DNA of 60,672 nt, the filler included, from Platydemus manokwari (taxonomy: Eukaryota), in the NCBI GenBank assembly GCA_037951405.1. It is 6 parts of 6 records of this genome, joined end to end, with 100 filler letters (N's around TTAATTAATTAA, not from the genome) between each part and the next. Parts side by side here need not be neighbours in the genome. Positions count along the whole stretch, not along the records: positions 27,818 to 40,022 come from JBBMOY010255560.1; positions 40,123 to 50,543 come from JBBMOY011134884.1; 4 more parts are not named here. One strand, written 5' to 3'. Below the pieces are notes generated by a model that did no database searches, was not told the DNA's origin, and was given only the letters and a program-made list of their open reading frames with translations. Positions 37,591 through 50,643 of this stretch are shown here, piece after piece. Every line of letters starts with the position of its first letter. Position 1 is the stretch's first letter. The translations under genes and the position numbers were made by a program.

Positions 37591-40022
37591 CGATTAGTAT
37601 CAGAATCAATTTTTCTCGACTGTGATTAGATTCGGGAAGCAGAAATCATCACCGATACCGCTTGGAACGATCTTCGAAATGTTCAGAAGGAATCTCATCT
37701 AACTATAAACAAACCATGATGCACGCGGCAAATTTACTTATTTTTAGTCTGTATTAGAGTATAAAGCATCAAGAATTTGCACTTGATGCTTACACTTAAA
37801 TTAAATCGCGATCCTCATTAACACTGCGGTACAAAGACGAAAGAGTTTGTATAACAGTGTCGTTACGCTTCAAAGCCGCAAGAATTTGTAGCCACTAAGA
37901 TTAAAGCAACTAAAATCGTATCTTCTTTAGTTTTCTATCTGAAGTAAGGCGGCACTTAGTTTCTTAAGTCGGTTTGTTTTAAAACTCTACATGCCATAAA
38001 ACTTCCTACAGTTAACAATACAGCATCACATATTTGTTAATTTTTATTATAATAAACATATTCATCTTATTATTTCGTTATTCTATTATATTATTATTAT
38101 CCTATCCGAATTACACGCAACCTAATTACTGATTAAAGTCGGATTATTGGTGGAATCATCATTATTCCGGTTGTCATCATCATTTAAAAGATCCACGGAT
38201 AATTCATCGCGTTTCTGCTGGTTGAATTACCTCTCATAAGTAATCATCAAATACTACTTAGTATAGGCTAGTAGGATTCTATCAACCTTTATATTAAATC
38301 ATCGCGTTGTTAATAACTATAATTATTAATCTATTGATTATTAACTTACTGTTGTGTATGTCTAGTAAAGCCACAATTGCTAATACGGGAAAACTAAAAC
38401 CCTTGTTGTAACAATCAATCAAATTACTGTTAACCCGAAGCTCTCATAGGACCAGCGTAAACAGTAAAATCAACAACCGAAAATCATATTATTTCATATT
38501 ATGAAGTGGAGACGATTAAAAATCAGTATTGATAACTATTACCATCCAATTCTGGTGAAAAAGAGGTATGTGGAGATTTAAAGTTAGAAGGATGTCTTCA
38601 AATGTTCATTGATAACTTTGACTTGGTAAATTTAGGATTTAAAAATCCCTTTCTGGAAATATTAACATTAATTATAATTAATAAAAATTATTAATGACTA
38701 TCATGCTTTGTTCTGGTGGCTCTCTAATTCTATGATTACCAAAACTATTTGTGCAATTTTTCTGCATTTCCATTATATACTGAATTTTTGTAAGTTGTCA
38801 TGGAAACTCATGAGTTGTCGTGACTCCAATGTTTATATTTTTATTTCCCAAAATTAAATTGTTTATTATCCATAGAACGAAGTTTTTATTGTTATGAGAA
38901 TTTATAATACTTTTAGAATGTATATTTCTAAGCTTTATTTATCATAAGATAATATTTATTTATCATAATTTTTTCATTACACAATATTATTTTTAAAAAC
39001 ATGTTATTTCCCAAAAATTATTTTCGAAAGTGCTACCTTGAACTATTAGCTTATTTTAAATTTTCAGTATGTCAGCGGTTTGTTGTTTTCGTCTCTTATT
39101 TTAAGTAGCTTACTTCTGCAAGTATGTTTTATTTATTTTAATTAGTTTCCATATCTTTTGTTTTTTGAGCTTTGTTGTGCTTTTAAAAAATTCAATAATT
39201 TCTTAAAACTTCTTACAAAATATTTTAAAACAGTTATTCAAAATTCTATGTATGAATATTTATTAAAGAATTATAATATTTCACTAGATTCTCCCAGAAT
39301 ATATAAAATTTTATTTTAAATCGGAAGAGGTGCTTTATAATTTATTTGATTTATTATTAATTTTCATTTTCATTAATTAATTTTCATTTCCTTTATTAGT
39401 ATTATTATTAGTCATATTCTTGTTATTTATTATTTATTTTATAAAGATGTTCTTTAAATTTTCCTGAGATGTAAAAGATTGAATAATTTTAAAAGTAATA
39501 TTACAAATTTCGAATTTCTTCGTTCACTTGTATTGATTATTTTTGATGTTTCTTAAATTATTAAGATTTTCATTGTTATGAAATTTTTTTATTTTAAGCT
39601 TTTTGTTTTAAATTTTCTACAGTTACTACCATATCTAATAAATCTGATGAGCAAAGTTTTAAAATCAATAATTATAGTATAGAGAACAGAAAGGGCTCGC
39701 TAATATATAAATTGCCAATCCTTATATGTAACCAAAATATCTATCGATTTGCAGTTTTTTCTATTTATCAATAACGAATAGGATCACGATTTCTTGCAGT
39801 TTAAAATTGTTAACGATTATTTTATTGTGTTACATATTCTTTGGTAGCAGTATGAACCTTTGTTACACTTTCAATTCAATAATATTAAGGACTAAAATTA
39901 TTTTTAAAAGCCGAAACAAAGAAATAAATAATGAATATTTAAGTTGGGTTTAATAAAAATTCATTATTAATTATAAAACAGATTTAAACGAAATAAAATA
40001 CTTAAACTCCTGTTCGTAATAA

Positions 40023-40122
40023 NNNNNNNNNNNNNNNNNNNNNNNNNNNNNNNNNNNNNNNNNNNNTTAATTAATTAANNNNNNNNNNNNNNNNNNNNNN
40101 NNNNNNNNNNNNNNNNNNNNNN
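40023..40122. other. Artificial contig spacer
   Basis: 44N-TTAATTAATTAA-44N. Confidence 0.97.
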
Positions 40123-40195
<73 letters not shown>

Positions 40196-40196
40196 G
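40123..40196. repeat. (TAT)n microsatellite at contig end
   Basis: About 24 perfect units. Similar tracts at ~50460-50543, 51665-51713 and 59935-59955. Confidence 0.95.
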
Positions 40197-43100
40197 GTCC
40201 AATTTTCTCTTGTTTTCATTTATTACAAATCTTAATCCACAACGGATTTTATTGTTTGTCTGTATTGATTATTTCAATAATTAGATTATTTTATATTTTT
40301 ATCTTATTTATTTCTTTCATGTCTACCTCTTAATTAATTGCCTTTTATCTTTAAAACGGTTAAATCTTTCACGTCACTGTGCTCCTTTTCCTTATTTAGT
40401 CCAAATCAATACTCTTAAATAAAAAAAAACTAAAACAAAAAGTTTTATTCCAGCAATTTATGGAAAAAATTCAAATATGATTATAATAATATCGATTTCA
40501 TATGTCAAAGAATAATGCGATAAATATACATATGATATGCAATTCAGTAAGCCTCAATATTAACGGTTGAATTGAATTTGAAAAATGCAAACAATAACGA
40601 TATATTTGCAAAATCGCAACCGGTTATGGAAAAACATGTTGTGACAATATTTCTGCACCAATAAAAAACCCTAATATTTGAATTTCAAAATCCGACCAAT
40701 CGTAGCAATCCATTTAAACAATCACAATTAAATTTGGAAAAAATTCCTTCACTGCTGAGCATGTGTGTATGTCAATTCTGTCAATGAAGTATGTGTGATT
40801 TTAAATATTTTTCTCATTTGTTTCTCATGATCATTATCCTTGATTTTGGTTTCAACCGTACTCAACGATTGCATTGTTTATGCCGACATTTAAATATATA
40901 TATATATATAGATTATTTCCCTCTAATTTGAGAGAAGATAATCGATTATATTTCTGTCAGTTTTATTTTTGTTTTAATAATCGACGAACAATATCCGGAT
41001 CGAGTGTTAACCATCTGCGCAATTCAAAAAGCTAACCAGATATTTCAACCCCCCCTCGATAAAAACATTGCTATATTATTAAATATATCGATAATGATTT
41101 CTTGTTTTAAATGGGGGTGTTTTGAATCACACAAAAACAAAACCAATTATTTAATAATCGATAAAAAATATTTGTTGAATCGTACGAAAATATTCCAAAA
41201 TGTCTATGAAAACAATGCCTTGTAAAACCATTGGATAGAAACCCATCAATAATTCATGGCATTCATCAATTCATAGACAAATTCCAAATTTAGGACATAT
41301 TCTTGAATGATAAATTCATAATTGTGGACTTTATTATTGATTTTAATGTGAAATGATATAATTTTTATGGATCATGCTAATATCGATCCATTGGTAATTT
41401 TCAAGGATTGATTTTCTCCAATAACTAGTGCTCGATGATTTTATCGATATTTTAATAATTTGTTTTAATTTACAATTATTCCATCACCACCAATAACAAC
41501 AACAACAACAACAACAACAAATCGTTCATCATCAAGGAAAAAACTTTTCTCCAGACTGGAAAAATCGTATACCAATTTCAACTGCCCCCTCCCCGATTAT
41601 TAATTCGTTAAAAATATTTATTATGCTGCCAACAAACACTCCCCAGCTCTCATTATCGAACATTGAAAATAGCTTGTTTTTTGCGAAAAGAATTTTGATA
41701 AAAAGCTTTGAAAAAAAAACTCAGTCATTAATTTATTCAAAAACCAAATCTCTAATTCCACGGCTTTGTTTTAATCGAACGCAGGTTTAAATATTATATT
41801 TCTAACAAATCGATAGAATTTGTGAAACAAACAAAAATTCCATTGAAATTTATTGTTCAGTGGTTGCTATAATTAAAATTCAATAACAATCAACATGTAT
41901 GGATATTATCGATTTTGGATTTTTTTTTATTTTGTTCCAAAAAAAATAATATTTTCTTTTTAATATTATTAATTCGAGACGGCTCCGGTTTTATATTAAT
42001 GAAAAAAAAATTGTTGAGATCATTTGTAAGTTGTTTACCATGCACACACGCACGCAATAGCACTACACAGAGGCACACACACCAACACACATAATACAAA
42101 GATTATGCATGTACAAGATGTTTGTGACTGGCTAAAACGGTGTGTGTGTGCGTGCTAGAATGTGTAGGTTGTAAATTGATGTGATGAGTACAATTTTATA
42201 CTGTATTCAATACACAGAGACGAAAAGACCAAAGCACAAAAGAACAGCTATAAGGCACAGTTACTAAATCTGGTCTCTTTACAGCACATGAGACCAACAA
42301 TCAAATCCACTAATCTCGCTCTCTCTCTATCTATATATCGCTCTACCTCTCTTGTAGTTCTAAGTGTCGGTAAGATCAAACGAGCCGCTATTGGCAAGCG
42401 TGCACCGCCCATTATAATGTAGCCAATGTGAATAACATTATTGATTGATGGCAATTATACAACCCAATTCTCTAACACTATCTGCCTGTCTGTCGGAAAT
42501 AGAAAAGGCTGTTTATGTTCTTCATTATAATGGCAGATAATTAAATACGACTGTCTCACGCTATGGACTCTATTTTCATAGTAAAACAAAATTTCGGACA
42601 GAATAATATCATAAGTAATTGTTTAAATTAATAAAATTATTTCATTTCATTATTTAATATACTGAACCCAAACAAACAAACAATCATAACGACGATGACG
42701 ACAACGATGATGACGACAACGAAGCGAATAAAAAAAAATGTCAACTATCGAAATTTTTACAATATGAATTTGTTGATTGATTTTTTGTTGTCATCGTGGG
42801 CATGGAAATTGACTTTTCTCCTTCTTTTTCTTCGTGTTTCCACCGAGTGTAGCCCGATAGAAATATTGCATAAAATAAATATATATATATATATTTTAAT
42901 GTCTTTTAACAATTCAAAAGCAACAACAGAAAAATAATAATATTTATTAGAAGATTAAAAACCAATTAAAAAAAATTGACGTTTTGTTTTAATTATTGGT
43001 GATTTTTATATTAATTACGCAATTTAAGTTTATTGGAGAGAGTTTGTCCCAACGCCTGGTTTCCTTTTTTTATCCCGAGGAATTAGTTTGTCATAAAATT

Positions 43101-43619
43101 TTCCAGATAACAATCTCGGGTTTTTTCTTTTTTGTCTTTTTCCTCAAACCCAGTAAAACAAAACACACACAACAAATAATAATAATAATAATATTATTCA
43201 ATACATTGAAAAATTGGAAAATCTATTTTTTCCTTTTTTAATCAACCATCAAAATATTTTTCCAAAAACAAATATAATAATTAAAATAAAAATATGAAAA
43301 AAAAAAGAAAAAAAAACTCATCATCAGTATAAAAAATTAAGAAAATCCGGCCTTCAAAAATTTCAACTTAATGCGTCGCGCGGGTGCTTGAAGAAAGAAA
43401 ATAAAATCAAACACAAAGCAGCAGAATAAGAAGAAGAAAAAATAATCATTGACGTTAGTTGTGCCAAACTGAGAATAGTGCTAGTGCTCACTATATAAAA
43501 TTGACTTTGAAAAACAACAAGCTTCAACCAAGTGTCTTCAGCCTAAAATTTAGTCATTGAGAAAAAAAAACTTTTTCAATTATTTGTGTGTACTGAGTGT
43601 GTACCTCCTGTAATTAGAT

Positions 43620-43808
43620 CGGCGGCGCATATCAGGAGATCAAAGAATCACTTTGATGAAGCCGCCATCGTAACCACCTGATTTAATTGGTTAGCTAGAT
43701 ACCGGCATACAAACAATAACCCGCACTCTCTCAATCGGTCTTTGATGCCGGTCCCGCCTCTCTGCAGCCGGTTTTTATGTCTCTAGAGCGGTACGCCTAC
43801 TTTGATCT
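43620..43808. promoter_or_regulatory. Candidate Wnt response element of sp5: four TCF/LEF sites with GC-rich Helper sites
   Basis: AGATCAAAG 43637-43645, CTTTGATG 43651-43658, CTTTGATG 43740-43747, CTTTGATCT 43800-43808. Helper-like CGGCGGC 43620-43626, GCCGCCA 43661-43667, ACCGGC 43701-43706, GCCGG 43747-43751 and 43767-43771, GCGGT 43788-43792. Confidence 0.8.
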
Positions 43809-44059
43809 AGATGATAAAGTTATGATTAGAAAATTCATAGTTGAAATCGTTTGCATGATCTCTAACACTGACTATTTTTCGTGTCGGTGTGTATATGTGT
43901 CTGGGTGTGCATTATAGTGTGAGAGTATGCAGGCTGTTTTGTGTGCGTGTGTATGTGTATTCGACAACACAGTAATAAAATGCCTGTTAGCTATGGCTGT
44001 ACTTTTTTCATAGCTGTTACTGAAATAAAAAGGCCTCATCTTGCGTTTACTAGTTTTTG

Positions 44060-44238
44060 ATTGGTCGGTTTAATTTACAAAGTCGTTTAAATTTATAGCG
44101 ACCATATATAAATTATCCATATATAGTTGTGAACAATATTATTTCATGTTTTTTCAAGACCTTTCATTCAAGTTCTCTACTGAACATTGAAGTCATTGGA
44201 AACCGTTTTATCACAGAACCAATCAATTATTTCTCAAG
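44060..44238 (+). promoter_or_regulatory. Putative sp5 core promoter and non-coding exon 1
   Basis: Inverted CCAAT (ATTGG 44060-44064), TATATAAA 44105-44112, strong donor AAG|GTGAGT at 44239, and acceptor TTTTAG ending at 44790, 33 nt before the ATG. Confidence 0.6.
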
Positions 44239-44823
44239 GTGAGTTTGTTAAGATTGTTTATTGATGTGTAATTTTTTTTTTAATATTTTTCAATCATCAT
44301 TATAATTCGTTATATTTCTTTAATATATTAATATATATTGATGTACATGTAATGATAGTTTAATTCGATATTTATAAATCGCTATAATAATATTCACACT
44401 GTATTTTTTGAAATGATTTCGAATCAAATATTACCTTGGTTTTGTTTTCAAATATGCCGCTCTACTGAAGGATTTTAATAAACACGTAAGAGCCATAAAA
44501 AGGAGATAACGAACAAAAATATTTGACATGAAAAATCGGAAGACTAACTCCAATTGTCGATAACAGGATGTTGTGAGTAGTAAAGCATAACTTGTCAATT
44601 TATTGTCTGTAAAAGCCCTGAGAATGATGAGGAATTCTAATTTGGCGCCATTACAGATAGATATGAGGCTGTGAGATTCGCAATAAATTAGGATGATTTC
44701 TTAGATCGAATCATTTGTTTTCTTTTATCAGTTGTTTTTTTTGGTTGGTTTCGACAACTTCATTGAAATTGATAATTCTATTCGTTTTAGATATATTATT
44801 CCAAAAACCAAAACAAAAACCCA

Positions 44824-46253
44824 ATGAACTCCGGACCTGCAATCATCAACATTCCTTCTGCACTGCACATTATTCCGAATTCACCAAGCTATTTCAACAA
44901 CAAAACACAACATCCATTGAATTGCCAGATCTCCCCATCCATCGATATGAGCTATGTGCAATCGCCGACCAATTGTTCGTCGAGATTCATGACGAATTCG
45001 AACGATTTCTGGCAAAGTCCCGAAATGGCGGCTCTTCAAAGAACGACTGAAAAGTTTTTCGTCAATCAAAATCTGATCACCAACAATCAACAACAAACCA
45101 TTCCCGTCAACTCGATCATGTCCAATGTTTGTCAGAATACACCAATCAGACCGATTGCGAGAAAACCGTGCATCGAACTCTCATCGCTTGATTCAAAAAA
45201 CCAAATACAATTACTGAATTCTCTCTCTACTCACAGTATAGAAGATTGTGTCGACAATTTCTTTCGTAGATCTATGAATTGCTTTTCTTCTCCATACACT
45301 CTACCCAGTCTATTAGGTTGTAAAGATTTCTCTTTAGATTATCCATCGGTCGACAGTATTGGAAGTAGCCCTTCACACATATCTGGTCTTTTGACGAATT
45401 CCAAAGCCCTGCCCACCAATCGAACAAGCATTCCACAAATCGGGCAGAGAAAATGTCAGAAGTGCACTTGTCCCAATTGCCATCAAGGTTTGAATTCGCG
45501 AGCCAATCTGAACGGAGCGAAAAAGGTCCATATTTGTTATATTTGTCACAAAACGTACGGAAAAACTAGTCATTTGAAAGCCCACATCCGGTGGCATAAC
45601 AACGATCGACCGTTCGTTTGTACGTATCATTTATGTTCCAAATCCTTCACGAGATCCGATGAATTGCAACGACACATGAGAACCCACACCGGTGAAAAGC
45701 GATTTGTATGCACGTTGTGCTTCAAACGATTCATGCGAAGCGACCATCTAGCTAAACACAAAAAAACCCACGAAGGCGTCGATCCAATTGTACTCGGAGC
45801 AGTAATGCAAAAGGACTCCACCTCGACCATAAAACAACAGAAATTGATCAATATAGATAAACCATATAAGGTAGGTAGTTATTTTTTTTTACCAAAACCA
45901 AATACCGCCTTTATGATTGAATGCGTTGTTTAATATGTTGTGATGGTTAGAAGTGTATTCATCTCATAAACTACTGATTTGTGCACCAGTGGTCATCATC
46001 ATCATTTAATGATATCAAAGGATTGAATGTTCTGAAATGTCGGTGATTTAAAAATAAAGAGTGGTTGATGGTTACTTTAACGATCATCAAAAGCAAATCG
46101 ATTTTAACCATTTTAATATTTTTCTAGAAGCAGCAGAACTGTAAAAAATCCAAATCAGGTCTTTCGGCGACGAACAGTACGATAAATTCTCCAGACCATA
46201 ACGGTAAAGAAAACATCATCATCGATGAAGATATTGACATAGAATCTATCTGA
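44824..46253 (+). CDS. sp5: Sp5/buttonhead-like C2H2 zinc-finger transcription factor; coding exons 44824-45870 and 46128-46253
   Basis: Btd box CTCPNC; three fingers [24 protein letters not shown] and [11 protein letters not shown] (LKAH, KSF and LAKH together fit Sp5); Sp-box-like SPEMAAL. Donor AAG|GTAGGT at 45871 and acceptor TTCTAG at 46127 give the tail KQQN...DEDIDIESI*. Confidence 0.9.
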
Positions 46254-49200
46254 TTATTCTTTTCGTTGTGTATAACAGTGTGATTATTATTATTATCATT
46301 ATTATTATTATTATTTCTTCGAATTTATTAGAATTTGCAGTGAAGTTTGACTTGTTTATTTGCTCATCAAGATATAGGTTACACTTCCATAATGAACCCC
46401 ATCAAAACCGCATCTACCGCTAGCTCTCTAACATTACCGCAATGAAATCATGATCATTTCAGCAACCAAAAGTGGTCCAATCTCTAATTGCTGTGACAAC
46501 ATGAATTCGCATTAAAATATGATAGAATCCCTCTTAATGGTGGGTGTGAGGGAATTCTAAATGATATTATTGAGGAGGATGATTGGGTGATTTCATAAAT
46601 AGGGGTCTTTATAATGGGGATAAAATAATATTTGATATAATCGTAACTTGGTTTGATGTTTGCTGCCTTTATCAAACTAGTGGTTGTTTGAATGAAGGAT
46701 AAAAACGCGGGAAATTGGTGCGAAAATTTGAAAATAGAATAGAAAATGTGCTTTATTTTTATTAGATAGGAAAAATGCCAGTAAACAATGTATTCCTTTG
46801 ACAAGGGAATGTATAATGAGACCTCTATTACTATCTATCGTTATTTGAAAGGTTAACAGAAAGACATAAAGACCAAACATATTTTTAACGACATTAATTT
46901 ATTCAAATTACCTTTTGCTAAGATGTGTTTTGTTGCTTGGTTTGATGGGAGTGATGTGCGAATCTATTTCATTTATCGAACAGTTCCAATCCAATAAGAT
47001 CTTCAAAAATCCATATGTACCGCATTTGCCAAAACAACACATATCGATACTTAGGAGTGTTTTGGAAAACCAGGTGCAATGAATTGTAGATGGCATAAGT
47101 CTTTTAAAGCAAAGGATTCGACGTGATTATCAGAAACTTTTTATATGATTTACAAAAGGTTTTTCACAACTTTTTATATGAAATAAGATAATTATATATA
47201 ATGATAAACAAATTTCTTGAGATATGCATAGAGGAGATAATGATATGTCAAATGAAACCTCGAATCTATCATTTTAGTGAGTCGTGGTTGGCAGATTCGA
47301 AAGAACACCGACATCATTCACCATTTTAATATGAGGATGTGTTAGGATTTCGCTTCATAAAATTAAATCTCTCACAGTAGACAAAGTTATACCATTGTTA
47401 TGATTGGGGGGGGGTAAATATTACCCCCTAGAGGTATGCGGACATTTTATTTAGGAATTTCTTTGTAAAATGTAGCAAACACTTCTTATGCCTTCCAATA
47501 ATCACACAACAAGTATGAAATCGCATATATTTATCGCTTCAACAATATATCAAAGCTCAAATGAGAACCGAACACGAGAAAAAACGAAAATCAACAGACA
47601 ACGGTATTCCAACCATATACTTCTCACCAAAATCCGCTCACTGAAAACTGCTTTTTCACGGCTTTGTTTAGCCTTTCACTCTTTTGAACTCGAATTCATC
47701 TCAATTCATGCATTTTATTTATCAATGGAAATATTGAATTCAACGAAGAGCGGATATCTCAACTCATTTTTAATAAAAGATTATGACTAAAAGGTGGCGG
47801 CATGTGCCGAGAACAGCTCTGGCGCTAAGGCTTTGCTTTGTTTGTGGATGGCTGCAATTCTGTTGTTTATATGTTGAATATGATTTGTAAATCGATAATA
47901 AAAAAAACTTAATTAAATTTACTTTCAATGGTTTCATCACCAATCGGTTTTTTGCGTTTTTGTCTGTTATTTTTATGGATATCAACTTATGATTATTATT
48001 ATTATCCTTTCTTAAATGGAATAATGAACCGAGTATGGAATTGAATTCATCTTTTATGAAATATACACAATCATCGTTAATCGTTCATCAAACTATCCTT
48101 ATAAAATGATAAGCCAATTTTTCTATTTTTATTATTTTGTTTAAATCATTGCAATTATTTAAATCGATAACAAAATAAAAATTAAATCAAGCATTAAAAC
48201 CGGGATGTTAAATTAATGGAGAAATTAACAAATATATTTATTTGCTGCTTTTCAAAACGAATAATTAAATTTTTTTTTCATTAAAAGAAAGGCAATTGTT
48301 TTTTTAAATGAACTAAAAAATTGAGTTATTTTTACAAATTAAATTATTCATCCATAACTTCCTATTGTTTTAAGATATTGTTGATATTTGAGATAAATAA
48401 ATATGATCACTTTTGATAATTTTTTTTTCGTGTAACGATTTTCGACTTGGAAAATCGACTACTTTTCCTCAACGATGGTGCCTTTCAATGTTACCTTCTG
48501 ACAATGTATTGATTCGACAAAATGAAATAGTTGTCTGAAAAAATTTGGTGACTTTACGACACTATGATGTCTTTTGTATTGGCGATATCATGAATTATTT
48601 CACAATCTTGGTGAAGAACTTGAAAGTTTTTAATGGGGAAAGTGATTTTTTCGAATTTTTATCAGAAATTAATCTACCAAGAAAACCTTGAAAATCCATG
48701 TGTTGAATTTATTTCAATTTATCAAAATATAGAATGTCTCACAACGGACAATCCACAAACAAAATCGCCAAGAAATCAATGAATATTTGAAAATGGTTTT
48801 GAATCGCAATAATTCTACTAGCTTTAAAAATTCGAATTCTATTCCATGATTGATGGCTTGATCAGTGTGTGTGTCTTTTCAAGTGTGCTACGATGTCAAT
48901 CGACAAAACTGTGCGTATTTTATACAACCGTATTTTTACAGCACATCAATCGATCGCATGGCAATTCCTTCTTTAATTAAGAGACCTTAATCGATTGAAA
49001 GTCTTAATACGCCTATCGATTTTTAAATTTCCGAGGATAGTTGTCAATATCATTTTTACTAATATCGACTTTTAACATTAATATTTTAGCTTCCTTCCGA
49101 CAACTTATAAAAAACCTCAATAGAAAATTATCCCGATAAATAAATAAATAAATAAATGTTTAATTTATTCTGTGATGGTTTTTTCTTTTTTGTTGTGCCT

Positions 49201-50494
49201 ACAAATGAGGATGAGTAAAACACAATACCATTACAAATATCAAGCCAATATGATTGCAAAAAATTAATTACTTAAATAATATAAATGCTGAAATAATTTT
49301 TACTCTTCATTGTTGAAAGAGAGACTATGAATTGTCCAACATCCACAACGCGGCATCTGTGGAAATTATCTCGTTGTAGATAGTTCTGATATGAAATTCC
49401 TCTAATTATAAATACACGAATGAGGTCTTGAACCGCCATTGTTGACAGGGACTAATATGAAACAACTAAAATAAATGATATCATATTTATGCTACATTTT
49501 CTTTTGCATATATTTCTTTTTAATTTCCCCCACAATTCGAATCAATTAAATTATTTTTTTTCTCTAATATTAATAAGCTAATCCAACATATTTCTCAATA
49601 ATGTTGTCGATTCGGGTTTTTTCCCCCTATTTTGACAAGTGGGAAACAAAGAAATTCGAAAGAAAATTTGGTTTCTGGAGACAGATTTTTCGTACTTTCT
49701 ATAAGCGACGAACACAAGAAACAATATTGTCTGGAAATCATAGGAAATTTGAGGAATAGTAGAAAAAGAAATCAAGTATTTATTGATTTTTGGGAATGAA
49801 TTTTCGTGTTGTAAAATGTCGTTATGAGTCATTCTGATCGAATTTGTGCGGATCGACAATTGGAACAATTGACGATTGAACGAGATCTAAATTAGCGACC
49901 ACTAATTCTATAATAATCCGCACCAGTGTTCTGGGTTATTATAATCATTCGAAAATTCAAATAATGTGATCGCAAATGAATCGATAGACAATAAACTGAT
50001 AAATAAACTCAATTGTGACCTTTACAAAGAAAGAAAAATCTCATCAGATTGGTTTTGAAAAACTTTACATAGCTTTGTTCCTCATCATTAAATAACTTTC
50101 GATAATGTACTTCTAGCGATGTCCCGAAATAAGTTTCTAGTTGGCTATCATGATTTCGATTATTTATGTTGTAAACATTTTCGAAATTTGATTCGTGCCT
50201 GTCGCAATAGTAATTAAACGACTCGTTTCCATGTTGAATGATTATGTTGGTTTTCAGGTAGAGATGCATACGATTTATTTGCTGTGTGTTGTGAATTTGC
50301 GTTTGTGTATAACAATGGATTGCTCTATTTTGACAGTAGAAAATTATTTATAATATGTTAATAATAGTTCTGTATTGTATTGCATTGCGAACAAAGTTGG
50401 CAGTCAAAAAGTGATTTCAATAAATTATAACGGATTATTTCATTTATATTATTAATAATAATTAATATAATAATAATAATAATAATTATTATTA

Positions 50495-50543
<49 letters not shown>

Positions 50544-50643
50544 NNNNNNNNNNNNNNNNNNNNNNNNNNNNNNNNNNNNNNNNNNNNTTAATTAATTAAN
50601 NNNNNNNNNNNNNNNNNNNNNNNNNNNNNNNNNNNNNNNNNNN
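50544..50643. other. Artificial contig spacer
   Basis: 44N-TTAATTAATTAA-44N. Confidence 0.97.

Noticed and set aside
44715-45851. Overlapping alternative-frame and antisense ORFs within sp5
   Set aside because: Expected shadows of a higher-GC coding exon; no motifs.
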